Virus record (IMG/VR): IMGVR_UViG_3300014913_000006 | Origin: a virus | DNA length: 64,000 nt | Reading direction: 5' to 3' (one strand) | Shown here: piece by piece, positions 19,284 through 28,500 of the stretch | How the letters are laid out: each line of letters starts with the position of its first letter | Numbering within the stretch: the first letter of the stretch is position 1 | Position numbers and translations under genes: made by a program | The notes under the pieces: model-generated | Database searches by the model: none | Seen by the model: only the letters and a program-made list of their open reading frames with translations | What the model was told of the DNA's origin: nothing

Positions 19284-20116
19284 TGGCTACTCCTAGCGAA
19301 AACAAGATGTGTTTCATGACAGTGGCCAATCGACCGTATCAAAAATACGTCCCATGGTTCTTGTATTTCCTGAACAGGGCTTACCCAGAGGCGCACAAGC
19401 TGGTCTTACTTGACGGAGCTATGGCTGACAACGTTCGTCAGATGCTCACTTTGCTGTCTGGCAATTTCGAGGTACGCGAGCGAGCGTTCCCGGAATATAC
19501 CCACACGGACGCAAATACCATCAAGTGTCTGAGATGGCTCGTCTACGAACCGGCGTTCGAGCAATACGACTGTATGTCAATCGGTGATGTTGATATGGCG
19601 ACCTATGTAGAGACCCCACCGTATATGGATCAACATCTCGCACATTGTGACCAGTTGGGAATCCCGTACAGTAATTTCGTCAGACCGCCCAATGCCGGGC
19701 CAAGGCGCATGAGTGGAATACACGTCATCAAACCAAGAGAGTGGTTCGCTACAATGAGGCCGATAATAGACAAGTACCGTCCAATGCTCAAGGCTGGCAA
19801 GATCAGTCTCCCAGAACAGGGATTCAACGAACAGCTTTTGCTACGAATGATCATCGAGTCTGATCTTGGCGAGCCGCCAGCCAACTTGTTCGACACCTAC
19901 TGGCCCTCTCTGGCAACATCAAACCATCATGGGACACATATCCGTCTGGCAGAATGTGGCGGGATCAGAGGGCTTCAGGGTGCCAAGGGATATCGGACCC
20001 ATAAGCCAGAGGTTCTGGCTGCTGTCAAGACACCGCTGTTCAGCCAATTATCGGCCATGTCGCCTCAAATCGGCGGTATGCTGCAAGCGATAGCCAGGGC
20101 GTACAAAAATTTCTGA
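19283..20116 (+). CDS. Putative GT-A fold glycosyltransferase
   Basis: FMTVAN..Y, LRWL, IGDVD (DxD), NEQLL; glyco-cluster context. Confidence 0.5.
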   Translation: MATPSENKMCFMTVANRPYQKYVPWFLYFLNRAYPEAHKLVLLDGAMADNVRQMLTLLSGNFEVRERAFPEYTHTDANTIKCLRWLVYEPAFEQYDCMSIGDVDMATYVETPPYMDQHLAHCDQLGIPYSNFVRPPNAGPRRMSGIHVIKPREWFATMRPIIDKYRPMLKAGKISLPEQGFNEQLLLRMIIESDLGEPPANLFDTYWPSLATSNHHGTHIRLAECGGIRGLQGAKGYRTHKPEVLAAVKTPLFSQLSAMSPQIGGMLQAIARAYKNF

Positions 20117-20151
20117 TTTTGTGGAACAACAAGCCGACTTAGAGGTATAAT
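20114..20151 (+). promoter_or_regulatory. Putative phage promoter upstream of dnaE C-terminal gene
   Basis: TGATTTT-GTGGAACAA-N5-CGACTT.GA.GTATAAT; near-identical copy at 24438-24476. Confidence 0.7.
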
Positions 20152-20156
20152 GGAGT

Positions 20157-23100
20157 ATGATTGAGTTCACCAATTGCAAATGCAATGTAGAGAAGGGTAA
20201 ATTTAGTATCAACGATATCCCTCTCGATTGTCCTGCCGCATGGCGACTCGTTTCGGGTGGTCACACGGTTGGGGTGTTCCAACTTGAGAAGAGCCTTGGT
20301 CAAGATTGGGCCAAAAAAGTACGACCTAGCAATATTGAAGAATTGGCTGCTTTGGTAAGTTTACTACGACCCGGACCCCTTGAGGCAGGATTAAGTCAAG
20401 ATTATGTAGATATTAAATTTGGAAAGAAAAAAATCTCCTATCTACATCCATCTTTGAAGCCCATATTAGAATCAACATATGGCCAAATGATATACCAAGA
20501 ACAAGCTTTGCGTATCGCCACCGATATAGCTGGATTTAGTCCAGAAAATGCAGATGAATTAAGAAAATGTGTCACTAAAGACACTTTGTTCTTGTCTAAA
20601 CAAAGGGGTTGGGTTTCCATCGATACGTTAATAAAAACTGGATATGACAAAGATTTATTTTTAACTATGAATTCTCAAGGAATCAAACAATGGAAAAAAA
20701 TCTCTTCGATATGGTCAAACGGAATTAAGACCACCAGAACCGTCGAATCCAGAACTGGTTTAAGCATTAACACAACTAAGCATCATCAATTTTTGACATC
20801 CAGTGGCTGGAAAGCTAGAAGACGACTAAATAATAATAGTTATCTGATTACGACAAAATGTGTTAATTATGACGGCATAGATGTTATTTCACCAGAGATG
20901 GCAATCATTGTTGCTGGAATCGTAGCAGAAGGATATTTCACTAAAAACACGAGCAGAACTTTTACCATGTTTGATAAAGGAATGATGGATCGTTTCTGTC
21001 AGTGCTTTGAAAAGGAATTTAAGGAATTGCCCAGTATGTCCAGTGCCAAGGGTATTGCTAACAGGGTTGCCAGAATAAGAGACAAACATGCACATAAATT
21101 ACATAAATACGTAGGATATGCTTTGTCTGCAAATAAAAAATTACCTGAAATAATGATGGGCATGACCGTAGAAAGTACCAGAAAATTTCTTTCATATTTA
21201 TTGGTATGTGACGGTGGTGTCAGTAAAAATTCAAAACAATTTACATATACATCAAAATCTAAAAAATTAGCCCAACAGATACAACTTCTACTTTTGAGAT
21301 TCGGTATTAGATCAACAATCAATCCAAAAAATGTAAAAAATTATGGAATTTATTATGTGTTATCTGTTTGCGATTTTGGTTGTCAACAAAAATTGCAACA
21401 AGAACTTACATGTGAATGGCCAGATAATAAAAAAGAAGCACTACAAAGTATCTTAAACAACAAGAGACAAGAACAATTTACAATAGATATTATACCAAAT
21501 GAACTGGTAATCAAAATGCTTGATCAATATCCATTTGTTGCAAACAACGAAAGTGGAACAGCTTGGACTTCTAATATTTCTAGAAATAGGTTTTTGAAAA
21601 TGTCAAATCAAACCAATGATCAATATTGGATAAATATTGCACAAAATGAACAATTTTATGATCAAGTCAAATCTATTGATCAAAAGTCTGTTGTTGAGGT
21701 TTTCGATTTTTCTATGGAAGATACTAACATACCGTACATAGTAGCAAATGGGATAGTAATACACAATAGTATCGGGAAAAAGAAGCCCGAACTCATGGCA
21801 AAGCTCAAGGACAAGTTCGTCAAGGGTGCCCAGTCGCACGGGAAAATCGCTCGCAGCGTAGCAGAGGAAATCTTTGGATGGATCGAGAAGTGCCAGCGTT
21901 ATAGCTTTAATAAATGTGTGTCTGGGAAAACAATAATCCGTCGTGGAGCAAAAGGCAAACATCTCAAAACAGATGGCTATACTGTAGAGCATATGTATAG
22001 AATTAAAAATAGTATCCAATATGCCAAAAAACATGGACATGAATCTCTAAGACGCAAATGGAATCGTCTTGGCCATTACGGTACTGGATTATCATTATGT
22101 GATGATGGTAGAATCCGTCAGAATATTATTAGAGATATACAATCAGCAGGAATGCGCAATGTATACAAAATTACCCTAGAGAATAATGGCACGATTTCTG
22201 TTACTGCTAACCACAAGTTTCCTACTGTAGATGGTAAAAAAACAGTGGGTCAACTATTAGTTGGAGATGAATTATATGTTTGTGGACCATATGAAGAGTC
22301 TGATTTTAATACGATAAATAGATTCAGTCAACAAAATGAATTTACTCATAAATCATATGGTCAAAGATGTGGTTTTCCAGTAGGTAGAGACAATCCTGCT
22401 TATACGAATGGATCATATACAGATTTTCAATTATACAAAAATAGTAAACCAAATACCTGCGAACAATGTGGCAAAGAAAATTGTAGAATTGAAATAGCAC
22501 ATTTGAATGGAGATAGGACGAATAGCAAACCATCAAATTTGAAAAAGCTTTGCGTGTCTTGCCATAAGAAACACGATTATGTTTTAGGAAGAACTAAGCG
22601 GGGCGAAAAGGGATATCCCGCCAAGAGGGTAAAAATTATATCTATAGAGCCAGAAGGAATAGAACATGTTTGGGATGTTACTATGGATGGACCAAATCAT
22701 AATTTTACTATTGATAATGGAATCATCACTTGTAACTCACACGCTGTCAGCTACGGTATGATCGCCTATCAGACCGCATGGCTGAAGTGTCACTTCCCAC
22801 ATGAATTTTTCACCAGCTACCTGACGTATTCCCAATACAAGGGTGATCCCAAGGAAGAGATTTATAAACTGGTACAGGATGCCCGGCTGTTCGGTGTGGA
22901 TATTCTGCCACCTGATATTCGTCGCGGCAACGTCCATTTCCAGATGACCGAAGAACCACAAAAGGGCGTAGCATTCGGCCTGGCGCACGTCAGGGGTGTC
23001 GGAGCCTCAGCTATCGAGAAGATCGTCTCAGCGGCCTCTACAACGCCAGGGGCGGGCTCTCTGGAGACTTGGGCCAGCTTCCTCGCAGCGGTTCCAGACT

Positions 23101-24026
23101 TCCATAGGAACGTAGGGATTGCTCTGATCAAATCTGGTGCTTGTGACTGCTACGGGATGGAGCGTAGCGAAATGGTGCGCGAGCTTGAGGTGGTTCTTGG
23201 GACTACCTCACATGACTCAACCGGCAAAAGGGTCGAGGTTAAGGGATTGACCAGTAAAGAGAGGGTATACTTTTTCGAACAGCTACAACAGGGTGCAATG
23301 ACCACCCAAGAAATTCTATCCCAGATGTCCCAACCCCCAGGTGAAAAGACGAAGACCATGGGTCAAATGGTCAAGAAAGAGTTGGTCGCAGCGGCGGTGG
23401 GATATCTCGATCAGGCCGATTCGGCTTTCGACGGCATCGTGGACGGTGACAGTAAATTCGTGTATACGTCTCCATCAGAGAAAGAGGCGTGGCTCGGAAA
23501 CCTTGGGAATCGCACCAAGAAACAACTCGAAGCACTGATGGTCCAAAACGGTTACCAGGATGTGGCTGTCAAACCACCATGCTCCAATGACGCAAGACGC
23601 AATATAGTCTCAGCCAAAGCCGCGATGCTAGAACAACCCCTAAGTGATACCAATACGGCTAGCGCTGCTGCCGAAAAGTACTTCCTGGGTATTGCCTTAT
23701 CGTGTTCCCCTGCTGATGATGCCAACGACACCCTGGCGACCCATACGTGTTTGGAAATCGCTAAGGCACCGAACAACGAAGCGATTGCCGTCTGCGCTAT
23801 CGTCGATGGCGTCAAGCACACAAAAACCAAGCGTGGTAGTAACCCTGGTCAACCGATGTGCTTTCTGACGATCTCAGATTCTACGTACTCCATCGATCAC
23901 GCAGTGGTTTTCCCAGATGTATTTGAACGCCTGAAGGCGTTTTGTAAGGATGACTTGATCTGTCTTGTGTATGGGCAGAAGAAAAACGGAAGTTTTATCA
24001 TTCGTGACATCCAGAAGTTGATGTGA
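20157..24026 (+). CDS. dnaE: DNA polymerase III alpha, C-terminal half (fingers, HhH, OB) with two inteins
   Basis: IPLD, GVFQLE, LLRPGP, IYQEQ, ADELRK|SIGKKK, YSFNK|SHAVSY, LPPDI, GLAHVRGVG, LIKSGA.D, EKYFLG, OB fold MCFLTISD. Confidence 0.92.
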   Translation: MIEFTNCKCNVEKGKFSINDIPLDCPAAWRLVSGGHTVGVFQLEKSLGQDWAKKVRPSNIEELAALVSLLRPGPLEAGLSQDYVDIKFGKKKISYLHPSLKPILESTYGQMIYQEQALRIATDIAGFSPENADELRKCVTKDTLFLSKQRGWVSIDTLIKTGYDKDLFLTMNSQGIKQWKKISSIWSNGIKTTRTVESRTGLSINTTKHHQFLTSSGWKARRRLNNNSYLITTKCVNYDGIDVISPEMAIIVAGIVAEGYFTKNTSRTFTMFDKGMMDRFCQCFEKEFKELPSMSSAKGIANRVARIRDKHAHKLHKYVGYALSANKKLPEIMMGMTVESTRKFLSYLLVCDGGVSKNSKQFTYTSKSKKLAQQIQLLLLRFGIRSTINPKNVKNYGIYYVLSVCDFGCQQKLQQELTCEWPDNKKEALQSILNNKRQEQFTIDIIPNELVIKMLDQYPFVANNESGTAWTSNISRNRFLKMSNQTNDQYWINIAQNEQFYDQVKSIDQKSVVEVFDFSMEDTNIPYIVANGIVIHNSIGKKKPELMAKLKDKFVKGAQSHGKIARSVAEEIFGWIEKCQRYSFNKCVSGKTIIRRGAKGKHLKTDGYTVEHMYRIKNSIQYAKKHGHESLRRKWNRLGHYGTGLSLCDDGRIRQNIIRDIQSAGMRNVYKITLENNGTISVTANHKFPTVDGKKTVGQLLVGDELYVCGPYEESDFNTINRFSQQNEFTHKSYGQRCGFPVGRDNPAYTNGSYTDFQLYKNSKPNTCEQCGKENCRIEIAHLNGDRTNSKPSNLKKLCVSCHKKHDYVLGRTKRGEKGYPAKRVKIISIEPEGIEHVWDVTMDGPNHNFTIDNGIITCNSHAVSYGMIAYQTAWLKCHFPHEFFTSYLTYSQYKGDPKEEIYKLVQDARLFGVDILPPDIRRGNVHFQMTEEPQKGVAFGLAHVRGVGASAIEKIVSAASTTPGAGSLETWASFLAAVPDFHRNVGIALIKSGACDCYGMERSEMVRELEVVLGTTSHDSTGKRVEVKGLTSKERVYFFEQLQQGAMTTQEILSQMSQPPGEKTKTMGQMVKKELVAAAVGYLDQADSAFDGIVDGDSKFVYTSPSEKEAWLGNLGNRTKKQLEALMVQNGYQDVAVKPPCSNDARRNIVSAKAAMLEQPLSDTNTASAAAEKYFLGIALSCSPADDANDTLATHTCLEIAKAPNNEAIAVCAIVDGVKHTKTKRGSNPGQPMCFLTISDSTYSIDHAVVFPDVFERLKAFCKDDLICLVYGQKKNGSFIIRDIQKLM
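20568..21767 (+). mobile_element. Intein (LAGLIDADG type, 400 aa) in DnaE-C
   Basis: Starts CVTKDT, TKHHQF, IVAEG and LLVCDGG, ends ANGIVIHN followed by Ser; strongly AT-rich. Confidence 0.92.
21915..22736 (+). mobile_element. Intein with HNH endonuclease (274 aa) in DnaE-C
   Basis: Starts CVSGKT, TANHKF, CEQCG...AHLNGDRTN...NL..LCVSCH, ends NGIITCN followed by Ser; removal restores FNKSHA. Confidence 0.9.
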
Positions 24027-24029
24027 TCA

Positions 24030-24440
24030 ATGAATGACTTATCTGATAGAACATTCGGCAGACTGACCGTTCTAGAACGGTGCGGGTCAAACAATGATCA
24101 ACGGGCACTCTGACTGTGCGGTTGTACTTGCGGGAACCAAGTAGTGGTAAGCGGAAAACTACTTCTGAATGGAGACACCAAAAGCTGTGGATGCTTGCAG
24201 ATAGAGGGTGTAACAAAACAGGGATACTGCAAATCTAACTGCAAATGGTCAACCACAAAACAGCAATCGAGAAATCGGCGAGATAATTTGACTATTACAC
24301 ATCATGCCAAGGCGCAGTGTTTAGCAGATTGGGCCGAAGAAGTCGGGATAAATAGGGAAACCCTTAAATATCGCCTTGACCGAGGTTGGTCGACTCAAAG
24401 GGCGTTCGGACAGCCTGTAAGAAAATTGAAGAAATCGTGA
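24030..24440 (+). pseudogene. Decayed HNH homing endonuclease (nonsense codon plus internal deletion)
   Basis: MNDLSDRTFGRLTV...AL*LCGCTCG (TGA 24111 at the conserved Trp); KSCGC joins almost directly to GYCKSNCKW and lacks the GGRGI/LDRID core of 16862-17476. Confidence 0.8.
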
Positions 24441-24476
24441 TTTTGGTGGAACAAACACTCGACTTGGACGTATAAT
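24438..24476 (+). promoter_or_regulatory. Putative phage promoter upstream of ssb
   Basis: TGATTTTGGTGGAACAA-N5-CGACTT.GA.GTATAAT; same spacing as 20114-20151. Confidence 0.7.
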
Positions 24477-24517
24477 AAGGTGAGTGGATTGGTCTCTTAA
24501 CCCTAAAGGTGAACAAA

Positions 24518-24943
24518 ATGGCAGAGCTAGGTGTATTTGGCGTCGGTGTCGCTACGGCAGACCCCGAGCTACGGAATGTCGGAGAGAAGCAGACGGCTGT
24601 ATGTACCGTCAGCTTGGCCTTCAATCGCAGCTACCAGAACAAGGAACGCAAGTGGGAGACCGAACCTTGTTTTCTGAGGGCTCAGGTTTGGGGTGCCCGC
24701 GCAGAGCGGATGGCGGAATTGGTCAAGAAGGGCCAGCCGATCTACGTGTGTGGGTACCTGAAGCAGGATTCGTGGGAGAAAGATGGCCAGAAGCGGGTTT
24801 CGTACTCGATCACTCTCCGCGATTTCCAGTTGTGCCAGAAGAACGGGAAGAAGAAGTCTGCTGACGAGCCGCAGCCAGCAAATGCGACGACAGCCCCGGC
24901 TTCTGCACCCGCCGACAATGGCGACGACGACATCCCGTTCTAG
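24518..24943 (+). CDS. ssb: Single-stranded DNA-binding protein
   Basis: DPELR, LAFNR, WG..AE....KG..IYV.G.L....W, acidic tail DDDIPF. Confidence 0.93.
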   Translation: MAELGVFGVGVATADPELRNVGEKQTAVCTVSLAFNRSYQNKERKWETEPCFLRAQVWGARAERMAELVKKGQPIYVCGYLKQDSWEKDGQKRVSYSITLRDFQLCQKNGKKKSADEPQPANATTAPASAPADNGDDDIPF

Positions 24944-24957
24944 GAAGTGTTCCATTG

Positions 24958-25545
24958 ATGAGTCGAAAGCAGTCGCTCAATAGGTTCATCTCTTGCTTAG
25001 CACGGAAGATTGCGACTGTTTATCCCAGCAATTGTGCTGACGAGGAAGACTATATCCAGGTCGGACACATGACACTAGCCGAGATCAGCAGGGATGAACA
25101 TAACCATCGCAATTTCCGAGCCTATGCAATTGTGGCGGTGGCCAACACAATGAGGAACGCCGCCCTAGATGCGATGTGCGCCACATCGGCTCCCCGGAGA
25201 GTGAAAAAGCGTGCGCATAAGGTCGAGATGCTTTTGGCCGGTGGCTACACAGAACAGGAGATATGCAGGGAATTGAAAATCACCAGAAAGACACTTGCAA
25301 GTTTGCGATCCCTAATCAGTGCAGAATCCTGGCACATGCTGTTTCAAGAGCCCACCAAAGACTCAGAACCATTCTCTGTCTGTGAAGACCTGTTGTCGTC
25401 TAGCGGCCTGACGGAGGAAGACAGGGCGTTCATCCGAGCCCAGTTGAATGGTACTGTCGAGGAACTTGGATTGAGCAGGAAACAGAGATACTCAAAGGCC
25501 AAGAGCCTTCGCCCCAAATTGGCACGGAGTGGTTATGGAATCTGA
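24958..25545 (+). CDS. Sigma-70 family RNA polymerase sigma factor-like protein
   Basis: Region 2-like EDYIQVG..L...NFRAYA...MR...D..PRRV followed by HTH TEQEICRELKI. Confidence 0.65.
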   Translation: MSRKQSLNRFISCLARKIATVYPSNCADEEDYIQVGHMTLAEISRDEHNHRNFRAYAIVAVANTMRNAALDAMCATSAPRRVKKRAHKVEMLLAGGYTEQEICRELKITRKTLASLRSLISAESWHMLFQEPTKDSEPFSVCEDLLSSSGLTEEDRAFIRAQLNGTVEELGLSRKQRYSKAKSLRPKLARSGYGI

Positions 25546-28500
25546 TCGCAAACGTCGTGTTTTGTTCATTGGTGAGGCTAACTTCTTAGCCACCGGTTTC
25601 AGTACGTATTGGCATGAGGTGATTAAACGACTGCACGAAACGGGTGAGTTTGAGATTGCCGAACTTGGTAGTTACGCTCACGACGATGACCAGCGATGCA
25701 GACAAGTGCCGTGGAAGTTCTATCCCGTCGCCCCTGCTCGAAGCAATCAGCAGGCGATGCAAAAGTACATGGCCAACCAGACAAGCCAATTCGGAGAGTG
25801 GCGGTTTGATGATGTGTGCTTAGACTTCAAGCCGGATATCGTTTGTGTTCCTCCTGAAACAAAAGTCGAAACGCCAAACGGTGTTAGAAATATAGAAAAT
25901 ATCGTTGTGGGCGATACGGTTATTTCTCACACTGGGAAAAAACGTCGAGTTATTCGCACCATGCGCAGTCAACACAATGGCATGGTGGTGAAAATATACC
26001 CACATAATGACAATCAGTGTTATACGTTTACACCGAACCATCCCATTCTAGCCATAAAAAGCAAAAAACGCACATGTAAACAAAGAGATGTACAGTCGAG
26101 ACACAATATCGAGGATGCTGAATTTGTAGAAGCGAAAGACCTGTGCCAAGGCGACTATGTATTGATTCCTATATATAGGCCGGATGTTTGGACATCCCAA
26201 GACATTTCAATTACTCATTTTTTGAAGCAATTTATAACCAAGGATGGATTTGCTTATCCAGTAGGTCATGAAAACTTTGAAAGGGATAACGGCATACCTG
26301 AATTTATACAGTATTCAAGTGATTTTGGTAGATTACTAGGTTATTATTGTGCCGAAGGTTCTGGTTCAGGAAGTGGTGTGCAGTTTTCTTTTAATGTAAG
26401 TGAGAAAGAATATATAGAAGATGTTTTACGGTTGATGTCAAAATATTTCAAAATAGACGGTCAAGTATTCACTAGCGAGAATTGTTCAAATGTAAGATTC
26501 AACTCCGTACTACTTGAAGAATTGTTCAAAAATTGGTTTGGTGGAAACGCACATGAAAAACATATACCAGAATTTGTGTATACTACCCAACGAGATAAAT
26601 TCCTAGAAGAGTTTCTTAGTGGATACATAAAAGGGGATGGGTGTTATAAAAGCGATACAGTTTCTTGCTCTACTGCCTCCAATGTGTTAGCAAGACAAAT
26701 CAGACAATTATTTGCAAGATTGGGTGTAAAAACATCTATCGCTAGAAAACTTAATAAGCCCACGAATCTTGTAAAAACCTATCGCACATCATTTGAAATT
26801 GAATGTTATGGACAGTACGCACGTATTGCTCATGGGTTTATTGCCAAGCATTCTGAATTACCTTCTAGAAAATCGGATGACCCCAAATGGATAGACAAAG
26901 GGAGTGCCGGATGGATAAATGAGAATTACATTATCGTTCCAATTCGAAGAGTAAGAACAGAACCATACAGAGGTCAAGTATATAATCTCGAAGTAGAAAA
27001 TGATAATAGCTATGTGACAGGATTTGCTGTACATAACTGCGGAATCCGAGACTGGTGGATGGACGAGTTTGTGCTGAGGTCTCCGTTCCGCCAGAACTTT
27101 TCTTTCGTATGGATGCCAACCATAGACGGCGAACCACAGCGGGAGTTGTGGCTTGACTCGTACCGTCAGTGCGACCGTATTCTGACATACTCTGAGTACG
27201 GGATGGACCTGCTCCGCAAAACCGCTCGCCGTGGAACCGACCTTGTTACGATAGCGTCTCCAGGCGCAGACCTCGAAACATTCAAGCCGCCAGACAACAA
27301 AAGAGACCATAAGGCGAGATTGGGTATCGACCCCAATTCGCTGATTGTCGGCACGGTCATGAGAAACCAGAAGCGTAAACTGTACTACGATCTTATCGAA
27401 GCTTTCAGTCGATGGCTCAATCATTCCAAGACCAAGGGTCACGTAGACCTGACCAAGCGCACATTCCTTTATCTTCACACCAGCTATCCCGATGTCGGCT
27501 ATGACATAGGCAAAGCTATTCGGGATTTCAAGATCGGCAACAAGGTGATCATGACTTACCTGTGCAGCAATTGCCAAACCGCTTATCCGTCGTTTTTTGC
27601 TGGTGAGCTAATGGTGTGTCGCAAGTGTGGCAAGCTAGCCGCCCATCCTCCGAATGCCAATCATTCATGCCCCCGAAACGTATTAGCAGACATCATAAAG
27701 GTGTTTGATTTGTATGTTCAGTATTCCATCTGTTTACACCCAGAGACTCCGATCATGACAGCTAATGGATGGGAAGACATCGGCAACATTGTTGTTGGAG
27801 ATAAGGTTGTTGGCAGGGATGGCAAATTGCATCGTGTATACAAAACTCTGCGAAATAAGCCAGGCAAGTGTTTTGACATCAAAGTTAAAGGTAGGCCATG
27901 GTCGGCAACGGCAACAGATAATCATCCTTGGCTTATTGTCGATAGAACTGGATTATCTAAGAGCATAGAAAGTGTCGTTAATCGTGAACGTTATCACAGA
28001 AATCGTGGGACAGAATGCCCCAAATTGCAATTTGCATACAAAAGAACCGACGAACTTCGTCCAGGAGACTTGTTGGCTAGCCGTATCCCCACGGAAGAGG
28101 TCTTGCCCGACTACGATTTGCCGCTTATGGACGAGAACATGGCTTATTACATTGGTCTATTCGCTGCTGACGGTCACGCGAATGAAACGTGTGGGCAGTG
28201 TACAATAACATCTCATAGCTCCGAGGCAGATGATGTATTGAAGATTTCTCACAAAATTGCACAACTTGTTGATAAAAATGCGCATCAACAATCAACGGGT
28301 AGTTGTGATGCGGTGGTGACAAACATATGCGACACAGGACTGAGGGATGCATTCAGGGCGATGTGTTATCATGCAGATAGAACAAAGCAGTTGCCTATTG
28401 GGTGTCATTTATGGCCCATCAAACTACAACGAGCATTGATTCAAGGACTCATGTACGGAGACGGCCACCAGAAGAAAGAATGGCTCAATGTGTACTGCAC

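Noticed and set aside
12960-20200. Split (trans-splicing) intein joining the two DnaE halves
   Set aside because: DnaE-N ends without an N-intein block and DnaE-C starts MIEFTNCKCN with no C-intein motif (no block F/G HN-C/S/T).
24111-24113. TGA at a conserved Trp as evidence of stop-codon reassignment
   Set aside because: The same gene also lacks its catalytic core, and TGA terminates many intact genes in the window, so it is a nonsense mutation in a pseudogene.
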